From the NCBI RefSeq assembly GCF_006345805.1, contig NW_021833892.1, positions 186,001-250,000 on the forward strand: 64,000 nt of DNA. The letters run 5' to 3'. This DNA comes from Octopus sinensis. Taxonomy: Eukaryota. Below the pieces are notes generated by a model. It did not search any database and had not been told where the DNA came from. It worked only from the letters and a program-made list of their open reading frames with translations. The translations under genes and the position numbers were made by a program. This document shows, one piece after another, positions 25,890 through 36,642 of the stretch; the first letter of the stretch is position 1, and every line of letters begins with the position of its first letter.

Positions 25890-27742
25890 TTATTGAGCAT
25901 ATTTCACTGCTCGCAGGAAAGAAGTGTAGAATGCAGACGGAGAACCGAATCTTGAATTAAATTCTGGGTGGAATTGAGTAGCTACAAAAAAGGGATGGTC
26001 TTGCAATTCACAAAAAAATACAACAATCGATCTCAACGATCTCCACGCTCATCCGGACTGCCGAAAAGCCAACAAATTTCATTCCCTTCGACGACAAGAG
26101 TTCGAGATATTGCTTATCAAACTACTATTTGCCCACGTCACAACAACCTCATAATTATTAAATTGTCGTTCGTGGATGCGATCGGTCTCAAATAGTCCTC
26201 CTGTTAAATATATTACGTGATAGTTGTGTTTTTTTGTAAAAAAGTCATACTCGTCAGGGAATTGGTCGATGAGATGAGAACCTCTTTAGAACCATCTTTC
26301 ATGCTCAATTTCTCGGCCTCATTTTTTATCCGGAAACCTCGAGTTAGAGCAAGGGAAATACCACGGGAAATGGTGTAGTTGGATCGACCTCCGTCGTATT
26401 GGCAGATTCCATTCCACAAACATTCCGTGCAAACTCGATTATGGCAAATTGCATTCCGTAGCAGATCCCTTAAAGCATTGACACTAACATTTACCTAAAA
26501 ACGGGATTTTGTTTACTCTAGCATATCCCGCAGCAAGTCCTCTTCCTTCGGCACCCTTCACGCCTGCTCCTCCAGCCACATAATTCCCCTGTAAATGACC
26601 GGTCACTTTCTTACCGACACGACTTCAATAAATTCCAAGAAGACGTATGTTCAGGACTTCCTTGATCTTCCAAATCCGATGACTTGATTTTCTGCAAATA
26701 ATAATGACCCCGCCAACTTTTAGTGTAAAGGGACTGTCCAACCAAATGATTGAATGCTGGAAGGCCTCTTGGACTGCGTCGCATTGGTCGTATTCAGTGA
26801 ATTCGCCCACAACTGCGACCATCAGACCGTCTGTCTCCAATTTGTCACTTTTATTTAAATGTACTGCAATACGCATATTTCGCGAACAATTGAGCTGCAA
26901 TATCAATCATAGGCTTGTCTACAGGTGTAACCTTCTGTTGTATCAGAGACATAAGGTTCTGTTCTACCAAAGACTGAGGCATTTTAAAAAAGTCTCCATC
27001 GTAAGAGAGGATCTACAAAGTCTTCAGAACAGTACTTTGGGTAATTCTAAAGTTGTTCTTTCTCTTTCCGAGTGTTTGCTAATAATCTAAGATGCGGAAA
27101 AACAGTTACCACATCAGGCGATAAACCAAATTCTTTAAACTTCTCAACCAAAGTTTCAAGTTGCCTCAAGTTATTGTCGTCGGCCTTAACATCAAGTCAT
27201 AAGACCACCTCATCATTCCACACATGTATGTGGAAAATGCTTTGATTTCCAATTTTAGAAACAAACTTGCCAAGAGAGAACTGTGCCAATTCGTTTTCAT
27301 TTTTCAAATCTCCAGCGCACTACATTGAACATGGTATATTACATCAATGAGACATATTTCTGGTACTAATTCATTCCCGGGCGTTTGGGGTGTGTCCAAT
27401 AGTCGTTGTACAACATGCTCTTGGGCTTCGAAGGCAGAGTTAAAAGTAGAAGCTGCGTGGTTATTTTCGCAATAGAGTTGATTTATGGTGATCACATGTG
27501 CACTCGTAAGGTCAATTCCAAGAAACCGTTCAAATTTGCCGACAGCAACTGAGCAAACCATTCCATCGTTTAATACTGTCATCTCACAGTCTAAGTAGAG
27601 TAAAGACGTTACATTCAATTTGTTTTGGAGTAGCATCAATGTGAATTAGAGTGGTCATTGATGACTTAAGTAGTAATCCAATACTGCAGGTGACCTCTGC
27701 TCTAGTAGTTTTATTGTCGCCAGTAATGAGGATGTATTTCAT
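25890..27742 (-). CDS. CTPS1: CTP synthase homologue with degenerate synthetase domain and retained glutaminase triad, about 13 micro-introns
   Basis: Starts MKYILITG. Retains [41 protein letters not shown]|[30 protein letters not shown] and [13 protein letters not shown]...RAVKYAQ*. Introns of 22-26 nt restore the frame. One or two homopolymer frameshifts (~26582, ~26335). Confidence 0.88.
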
Positions 27743-28910
27743 TTCTGCTCGATTTTGAACAATACGCAGGAAATAAAAAACAAAGCGAATTAGGCTAAAT
27801 ATACACACCTTATTCTAAACCACAAAAACTCGCAAAAAATTTCAATCCAGAACAACAAATAATGATTAATTTTTAATTAATGCGTCTCATCTCAGTCTAT
27901 TCTCATTTTCTCCGAGTCAGAGTCAATTTTTTCGATGGTCACACACATCCATCTTGCAAGTCAAACTCACTCATTAATATTTTTAAAATTAATTATCTTA
28001 ATCACATTTTGGCTTAGGTGGTAACGTGCCTCTCTTAGTTATGTGACGTGCCAGGGCCATTTACTATCGTCTCATTTAGTGATAAAGGACTATCAGCGAG
28101 TTCGAAACGGAACACTTTGTGCGAGGATCTAGAATCTAGATTGTATGTATTTCCGACCCTAACTTTACCATTTTTTAATGTTTTTAAATTTTCGATCATT
28201 TAAAATATTTACAAGATAATATTCTTGCTCATTAATGAAAAGAATATTCGGTACAAAACCAAGAATTACTCAAAAAATTGGCTGGTGATTTAAAGAATAC
28301 AGGAACATCAGTATCCCTTCGTAAATTACTTCTACACTACGCAATGAAGGTATCAATAAACTAAGTCCCCGTCGTGTTCCGTTATTAAAGAATATACACA
28401 TTTTTGCACAAATTAAATATGCCGAATATCTTTTAAAACAAAGAAAATGAATTCATAAACAATATTTTATGGTTGGATGAATCAAAATACAACTTTTCGG
28501 ACGGAACTACACCCCTTCAATTTAGCGTAAATCCAATCAGGCGTATAAACCAAAATGCACCATACCCACCATAAAGCACAAGGGATAAAGTATCATGCTG
28601 TGTGGCTGTTTTTCATCAAGAGGCGTCGGTTAATTATTTGTAATAGATGGAATTATGAATTTGCTCAAATATTGCAAAATCCTAGAAGAATGCCTGTTTC
28701 GTTTAGTCCCTGAATTAAATTTAACATAACAATGGACATTCCATCATGACAACGACCCAAAACATAAGTCAAAAATCACTGTTGAATGGTTACTAAGGAA
28801 TAAAATAATGTCAATCACCAGACCTCAATCCAATCGAACATTTATAGAAAATTGTAAAAATGAAAGTTGGTTTGAGAAAAATGAAAAACATTCACGAATT
28901 GAAAACAATT

Positions 28911-31712
28911 TGTCACCGGCTGGATAATGCCCTGGGTTGGATAATGCCCCCTCAACGTTATTTTAAAAAAATAAATGGTACATATGTAGTAGTTGGCGGC
29001 CACTTTTTAGCGAATTTTAAAAAAACTATATTTTTTTTGGTGAATAATTACCTTTTTTAAATAATATTACTATAAAAAAATTAGAAGATCTTTTGTTGAA
29101 TAACCCTTCCAGCAGTCTGATATGAGAATGGTGCCTTCTTCTACATTCTCAAGAATAGCCTTCGTAAGGGTCTTCATTGTTCTGTCAGGTATTGCTTCTA
29201 AGAAGCATTGGTTCGTTTCTCTGCAGATTCCGCCGAAAACCCATTGCTCAGGCAACATTCTGCCTCTGTTGTATTTCCTTTTTGAAAAATGACTTTCGTC
29301 AATTTCCACAATCATTCCTTCACCGCCTATTATATTATAAATTTACGCACGCACACCTATTTTGGATCTCTGACGAGATGACGAGACGAGATTTTTAGTT
29401 AAAAAAAATATATAATTAAAAATAATACAATATAAAAATAATAAAATCCCACGCTACTTTAATTTAAATGAGAAGTGAGGTCAATCTATTCAATCTACCC
29501 ACAAATATGTCAGAAGCAATCAATTTCATGCAATCCAGAGGAATCATCCCAAAAAAAAGTGTGTCGCAACGGACACCAAATGACTTTAAACATTGGCAGC
29601 TCTCCGGCTTGGAATTGCTACAGAAGGGGCTGTCGAAGTAAATCGAGTCTAAAAACTGGTATTTATATCATTAAAACTCAACAGGAACGTGGTTAGCAGG
29701 AACCAAAGTACCATTCGAAGATATAATCCGGTTTGTCTACCTGTGGGCAAAAAATATATCTTCTATGGAGATATGCATGGAAAATCTTGGTTGGGCTTCA
29801 CATACAACCGTGGACTGGTCAATGTACATGCGTGAAATTTGCATGCTATCATTGACATCTCGTCAGAGATCCAAAATAGGTGTGCGTAAATTTATAATAT
29901 AATAGGCGGTGAAGGAATGATTGTGGAAATTGACGAAAGTCATTTTTCAAAAAGGAAATACAACAGAGGCAGAATGTTGCCTGAGCAATGGGTTTTCGGC
30001 GGAATCTGCAGAGAAACGAACCAATGCTTCTTAGAAGCAATACCTGACAGAACAATGAAGACCCTTACGAAGGCTATTCTTGAGAATGTAGAAGAAGGCA
30101 CCATTCTCATATCAGACTGCTGGAAGGGTTATTCAACAAAAGATCTTCTAATTTTTTTATAGTAATATTATTTAAAAAAGGTAATTATTCACCAAAAAAA
30201 ATATAGTTTTTTTAAAATTCGCTAAAAAGTGGCCGCCAACTACTACATATGTACCAAATAAATATTTTTTCAAATTAATTTTGATTAGATTTTTTGATTT
30301 TCTTAATTATTTTAGTAATTTATTAAGGTTTTTTTTCAATTAATCTAGCGTGAAAATTTGTTTTGGTATCTAAGTTTTCCAATTTGAAAAAATAATAAGT
30401 ATAATCGATTAAATCTATATTTCAGAAATGGTTTTACTCAACCTTACCAAGATGAACTTGAAGTAATCAAAAATATTCAAATAGATGTTTTTTATATTGA
30501 CCGATTTCAGAAATCTGAAAAGAAAAGATACAGAAAATTAGCAGAACAGTTAATTTTCGAGGAGGAAGGGATAGTATACTTAAAATACAAAAACCAGAGG
30601 TTACGCTTTTTTCCCAAAGAAGAAAAGGAACTTAAACTAAAAACTATCGAGGTGATCGTTACATAATTATTATAGATTAAACATATGAGGACACATTTTG
30701 GAAGAGATAAGTTGCTTTCGATATTGAGAAAGGAAATTTATGCAGTAACCCGAGATGAAATTACTGCTGTGATCTCAAAATGCGTTCACTGTCAGGTGCA
30801 TATGTATTAAATTATTTTTAGACAAAAAAGTTGATGGCGACTAAGCCAACAATCACTCCTATTATTGCAAGAGGGCCTAAAGATCGCTATATTGCAGATT
30901 TAGTGGATTTAAGAAGGTATGCTAGCCTTAATAGCGATAATGGATGGGTATTTTTTGTATAAATTGTAGTTGGTTGTGGTTATAGACTCATTTTCTAAAT
31001 TCGCAGTTGTAAAACTTGCCAGGCGGAAATCAGCGGAGGAAATTACTAGAAAATTAAAGAACATTTTTTACATGATTGGTCCCCCATTTATTTTACAGAC
31101 GGATAATGGGAAAGAATTTAAGAACAAATGTATGGAAACAATGTGTAATGATCTGAAAATCATACACATAAGTGGACGCCGTAAAGCACCATGGATTCAG
31201 GGTCAAGTAGAAAGGCAAGTTATTTGTAACGAGGACGATTGAGACATGATATTGATGCGAATCCAAATAACCGAAAATACCCCCTATACGATCAGATTGA
31301 TTCCACTATATATGAAATATCGGAGGTTGATAAAGACAAATGCGTACTTAAAGATCTTAATGACGAATCATGCAAATATGTACACAAAAGTCGTATAAAA
31401 AAAATATAACTCTTATAAAAAAATTTTTATATAATAAAAATTCATGAATTTTTAATATTTGTTTTTAAATGGTAGACCTAAAAAATTGTATAATTATAAT
31501 AAAATACGTTATTGATTCGGAAAAATTGGTGATGCCGGTTTTTGCCGACTCTTTGAAAAATTCTTTCAATCAAAAAATGGATAAAAATTGAATAAATCGA
31601 ATTAATTCCATTATCAAGTTATTTTTAATTAATTATCAGGTTATTTTCGTTTGATTTAAAAAAAATTTTAAGGGGGTATTATCCAACCCAGGGCATTATC
31701 CAGCCTGTGACA
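28911..31712 (+). mobile_element. Ginger (Gypsy-integrase-related) DNA transposon with intron-containing integrase
   Basis: 42-bp TIRs TGTCAC.GGCTGGATAATGCCCTGGGTTGGATAAT.CCCCCT with 2 mismatches; 5-bp TSD CAATT. Integrase HFGRDK...CVHCQ, IADLVDL, IDSFSKF, QTDNGKEF, QGQVER. Introns at 30652-30675, 30796-30821 and 30948-30969. Confidence 0.9.
28977..30255 (+). mobile_element. Merlin (ISXO2/IS1595-like) transposon in fold-back configuration
   Basis: Inverted arms 28977-29380 and 29856-30255; 8-bp TSD AAATAAAT. Transposase 29468-30162 with IVEIDES...WVFGGI...ISDCWKGY, two 26-nt introns (29659-29684, 29880-29905), and truncated after DCWKGY. Confidence 0.92.
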
Positions 31713-31812
31713 CAATTTGCTATGAAGAATAGGAAAATATTACTCTATTTGAATGTCAGAAGCTTATTTATTCTTACAGAAAAAAGATTGAAGGCATTAC
31801 TACTAGCAAAAG

Positions 31813-32200
31813 GGAATTATTATTATTATTATTATTTAAAGACCAAACACGGGCAAGCCAGTTAATTATAGTTATTCCCGTGATCGCCGATCCAAACGAG
31901 GGAGATCCTTCTGAAAGGTTCAATCCTTCCCGCAAGATCGGCCTGAGACGACGATGTCCCAGGGTCTGCAATTAAATATTAATTTGATTTCGTTCCATGA
32001 CTATTTTTACAAAAAAATCGCTAATTATTACACCACTACGCTCCTCATCCGGGAACGACCTTCCGAGAAAGACCACGAATTACTCTAGAAACCCTTCTGC
32101 ATCAAGACCTAACTTTGATTTGAAAAGCGTTGAAATCTTGAGCAGCTGAGGGAATTATCGAGGAACAAAGGGACTTGAAGCGATTAACAAAACGCATCCA
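31813..32200 (-). mobile_element. LINE 3' end with (TAA)n tail
   Basis: (ATT)n at ~31816-31836 followed by TTAAAGACCAAAC, similar to the LINE end at 5761-5790. It truncates the Tc1 relic. Confidence 0.5.
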
Positions 32201-32799
32201 GGAGAGGGTGGCACAAGCGAAATAACTTTACTAACGTTATTTTGCGGTGTGCTTATTCATAATAAATAATAATTATTGCAGTATAAATAACTCAAGTTAG
32301 TATAGTTTTTTCCTAAAGATTGTAGCTATCTCGCTTGTTATTTTCCCATAGATAACTTTACTAACGTTATTTCAGCTCAGATGCTGATAAGCAAACAGAG
32401 CCAAAACATATAGAGAAATTAACACGCACAAAAAATGTTCAGCAAATTAATTCTAAAACAACACTCTGCCACTTCACTTTGCACTCAAGACCCTGGATTA
32501 TTTGATCTCGTCACCAGACAGATCTATCTAAACAATAGAGTGCTGAAGCGAATCTAAATACAAAGCAATACTTATTGACAGATTTTTATTAATTTTACTG
32601 CTTTTCAACTTTTTTATTGAAATCACCCATTATGTAAATTGCAACACTTTCAGTTCTACTTCCCCCACTTTAAACTTAACGAAATCTCGGAATATTCGTC
32701 TGCCTGCCGTGCTTGGTGCTCACTTGATTTTCCCGCGAGTCTTTCAGTCCGAAGGGCTGGGACGAAATCTTTGGCGTAAATAGTTTATGCAAACTTTTT

Positions 32800-33656
32800 T
32801 CAAAGTCAGATCAACTTTAGCTGGCTTTACTAAACTGCACATGTCAAGTTCATACTGGAGACTGGCCTAAAGCACTCTCTATTTCCAGCAAGAGATTACT
32901 ACTGATTTGTATCTGCATACGCATGGGCGTAAACTGAAAATTGTTGCTTACATGAATATTTTAAAGTTAAAAGAACGAAATTTGATTCACTGCCAAAGCT
33001 TTAATGGTTTAATAAATCCCAAGATAATCCAAGAATAGAAGCATCATATGCAGTAATTTCAATTTATATCTAAAACAAATAAGTCTCAATGATTATCGAA
33101 AAAAACAAGGCTCCACATTATACTGGAGAAAAGATAATTAAACCAGCGGCTCTTGAAATAGCTCGAATTTTGACTATCTAATGATTCAATTTCTGTAGAA
33201 TTTGAAAATTGTCATGTGATGAACTGGGGCAATTAAATAAACGAATCAATAAAAATAAATGTATGATAAGTATTCTGGACAAGTTAACCGACATTTCTAT
33301 CGTCTGTCAGATTATATCCTCTGTCAGATTATACGTTTACATTGTTGATCATGTGATATTATTGATGGGTTTTTATTTTGTTTGGAGACGGATGGACACA
33401 CTCGTGGATCTTTAATATTTTTGACAATTTTATAAAGACGAATAAAATGCAATGGGATAAAATTGGATTTATATTTACTTATGGGGCACCTGCGATGGAC
33501 AAATATGCACTTTTTTCAAACATGTTATTTTTATATAATAAATAATCAAACATGTTCCAACCTGCCACTAACGAGGCCAAAAATTGTACGCTAATAGCAA
33601 AAAATGTTTATTTTATTTAAGATGGTCCCCAATCTAAAAAAGGTTGAAAACCGCTG
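32800..33656 (+). mobile_element. hAT (ZBED/Buster-like) transposase relic with right terminus
   Basis: IEASYAV, KAPHYTGEKIIKPAALEIARIL, TYGAPAM. Ends AAAAAGGTTGAAAACCGCTG, similar to the 34904 TIR. Confidence 0.75.
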
Positions 33657-33689
33657 ATGTAACGGGTAATTATAAAATTTGTAAAAATA

Positions 33690-34300
33690 TAAATATTCAA
33701 TTAATTAATTATTTTTAGAATTAGATTTTATAACCACGTTTTCCTGATAATTTGTTTTGTTGGATTTTTTATCGCATATATGGCATGTTCATTCGACGAA
33801 TGAATCATCTGAATATGCAACATTATTTTCTTGATTGCAACTCTCATTATATATATTTTGAGATACTTATCAAGATACACTTTCGAGGTTTCAAAAAATC
33901 TAGAGTCCCTATTTTATCTAAATGGTCCCTGTCAGATTTTACAATCCGACAATGGGACAGAATTCAAAAATAATGACATTCGGGTACTTTGCGAGAAGTT
34001 CAAAATTCAACATATCCACGACAGACCTAATAACCCTAGATCACAGGTTATCTTATGGAATACATTATTTTGTAGGGTATAGTCGAACGCTTTAATCAGA
34101 CAATTACGAGATCACTATCGAAGTTGAAGTTCCTTAGTGAAAATAAATGGGTCTCCATTATTGAATATTCTGTGTATTGCTACAATACAACGATCCATTC
34201 ATTTTCGAATGAGACCCCATTCAAGCGTTATCGAGGAATTATAGGAACAAATCTGTTACCGATCATGGAATCTGTAGAAAGTGGCATATTTTAAGTAACC
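33690..34300 (+). mobile_element. Second Ginger/GIN-type integrase relic with a micro-intron
   Basis: LQSDNGTEFKN...PNNPRSQ|GIVERFNQTI...YNTTIHS...ETPF, with a 29-nt intron gttatc...ttgtag. Confidence 0.8.
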
Positions 34301-34559
34301 TGAAGAATCGTCAGCAGAAACATCTTTTAATTTCGAAATACATCCGATCGGTGGTGATGATCAAGACATTTATTTCTAGAACAATAGATCTTGAAATCAT
34401 CAGACTAGAAACAATCATTATCCTTCCAACGGACTTCACTGACCATGTCAATATTTAAGTGACGCATTTCAGATGTAACAATATCTAATTTACCAATACT
34501 AATTTTCTTACATTCCACGTTGCAATATTAAGATGATGATACTAGAAAAAGGATTAAAG

Positions 34560-36050
34560 TTTTTAACTATCCGGACAGGAGGATTTGTGAACGATGATAG
34601 CAAAAGAGAAAAGCGCCACATTTGATCTTTTTCTAAATGTAGAAAAACCAAAATAGTGGGAACTCATTATCTGGAAAATAAGAGTTATCTTCAATAACAA
34701 AAAAATAGAATGTGCTGGAAACAATATCTTTATTGGTATTCTGATAACTATAAATGGTGGTTGTGTCTCGGAAATCAATAGACGGATAGCCATGTGCAGA
34801 AATACGGTGATAAAGCTAAATAGGATCTGGAATAGCAAGGATTCTGTCTTAAGACAAAGATAAAATTTGTCAACGCGATTGTGTTCCCAGTCTTTCTCTA
34901 TGTCAGCGGTTCTCAACCTGAAACCAATTCTACATAAAACGTTAAATATAGTTATTAAAACTATCAACGAAATTAATTAAAACAGCAAGTATGATCGTCT
35001 TTTTAGAAAATTTTGCTATGAGGCTAAAGAAGCATGTCCGTCTTGTGCTTAACACTGAGGTTATACTTTCCAATTTTATTTTATAGGTGGGATGGTTATC
35101 AAATGGAAATGCATTAGAACGATTTTTAATATTATTTGACACAATCGTAAATTTTCCAACTTCGAGGGTGACAAAAATTTAGCAGATTTAATTGTATCGA
35201 AAAAGAAAGAAATTGTTTATTTGACGTTGATTTTTGGAAAATTTAATGAAATTTCATTAGAACTTCAGGGAAAGTATGTGACATTAATGGAACGAAATAG
35301 CATAATTGCTACTTTATTTTCCGACACCATACTGTGTTGAATATGGATTTAGATCGAATCTTTGGTCAAAAAACATCAGTCACAGGGGTCCCATTGGTAT
35401 TTAATTGTTATTTATTATAGATTTATGCTAAAATACTAACTTAACATCGAGTTTTTTCATTGAGTTTTGTTTGATTTGATTATTAATAATGAATTCATTT
35501 TAGATAGTTAGTTAACTAATTTTACTTAGTATTGTCTATTGTATATAAAAATATTACTTAGTATTGTCTGTTGTATATAAAATTTTTTAAGGGGGTCGAT
35601 TAAATATTAGGAGGGTCAAAAAAAATCAAGGGATCGACGAATAAAAAAGGTTGAGAACCCCTGCTCTATGTGATGAATTGTGGGCATTGTCCAAAGCAGT
35701 AGAGTGGATTTATTCGAATTATGATTTATTCTTTTGAAAGTAAATTGGTACGACAAAGTATCAGATGACAAAGTTCTCTCAAAATTAAACTATCATTGTC
35801 GCTCGTGACGAAAATATGGAAAAAAATTATCATACCTGGGACACGTACTTCGGTGGGATGGTATAGAAAAGATAATCTTCTTATCTATGTTTACATGAAA
35901 GAGAAAGCCAAGAAAGCCAAAATTAAATTGGATATCACAAGCCGTTAAATAGCCGTACATCATTTTTTGGAGATTGTAGAGCTGGTTAAAGACAGGAATT
36001 CGTGGATTAATAAAATTCCAAATGGCCGGAATCGGCTGAATATGGCCTAG
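34560..36050 (+). mobile_element. RTE/BovB-like LINE relic split by a hAT
   Basis: KTKIV, EINRRIAMCRNTVIKLNRIWN, VNAIVFPVFLY|..ELWALSK. Confidence 0.75.
34904..35663 (+). mobile_element. Non-autonomous hAT, 760 bp
   Basis: TIRs CAGCGGTTCTCAACCT / AGGTTGAGAACCCCTG (1 mismatch); 8-bp TSD CTCTATGT; remnant TEV..WLSNGNALERF. Confidence 0.92.
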
Positions 36051-36642
36051 ATTAACCTAACTTATATCAGATTATGTTGCAGAACAGGCGGTAACTTTTT
36101 TGGGGGTTGTCCACAAAATTTTGATTCATCTGACAGAATGCATTGTTCCATGGCCTGGTAGACAGGTGCAGTTTGATCCGTTTTTATGAGGTAGCAAATA
36201 GCCTTCAACGACCGTATCAACACATTCAAGGAGATATAATTATCATTCATTTACTTATATTTCATTAAACTTCCAATATCTTTTTCTGTTCATTGGTTTT
36301 TGTATTGAATAATTGAGTTAAGTAGTCCTTAAACATTTTCATATACCAGATTAAAAATTTTAAGGCAAAGCTATGGGCTGTTGATTTAAAATGACGCATT
36401 CCTTAAAATTGATACATTAAGTGTAAATTGATAAATTAAAAGTACCCGAAGGTTTAAAAATCACACTAAAACTTTTAAGGTCAAAATATTTGGCTTATTT
36501 TGTGATGTCACAAAATATTAATGATTTTCATTTTAATAATGTACCAATTAATTTTGAATGATAAATTATAATTAATATGATAAATCTTAATATATATTAA
36601 CTCTGAGAATTCCTAGAATATTATTCGTTATCGGACGCTTGT

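Larger units (their letters stand above)
28170..31812 (+). mobile_element. Tc1-family transposase pseudogene interrupted by a Ginger element
   Basis: IMLCGCFSSRGVG, FHHDNDPKHKSK, NPIEHL. The C-terminus HELKTI|CYEE*ENIT...KLIYSYRKK joins across the insertion. TIRs not found. Confidence 0.8.

Noticed and set aside
25890-27742. PIF1 helicase plus YqaJ nuclease relic (first impression from unspliced frames)
   Set aside because: Removing micro-introns gives a continuous CTP-synthase-like protein with GICYG and FHPEF. The helicase and nuclease resemblances were out-of-frame coincidences.
28008-28110. tRNA or Pol III gene (TGGCTTAGGTGG ... GAGTTCGAAAC)
   Set aside because: The box-like motifs are about 85 nt apart, no cloverleaf could be folded, and there is no T-run terminator.
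28977-30255. Bacterial IS1595 contamination
   Set aside because: The transposase contains spliceosomal micro-introns and is nested in eukaryotic transposons with matching TSDs.
36062-36500. Host gene divergent from AMPD
   Set aside because: Only a 62-aa ORF with no start model or recognisable motif; it may be TE debris.
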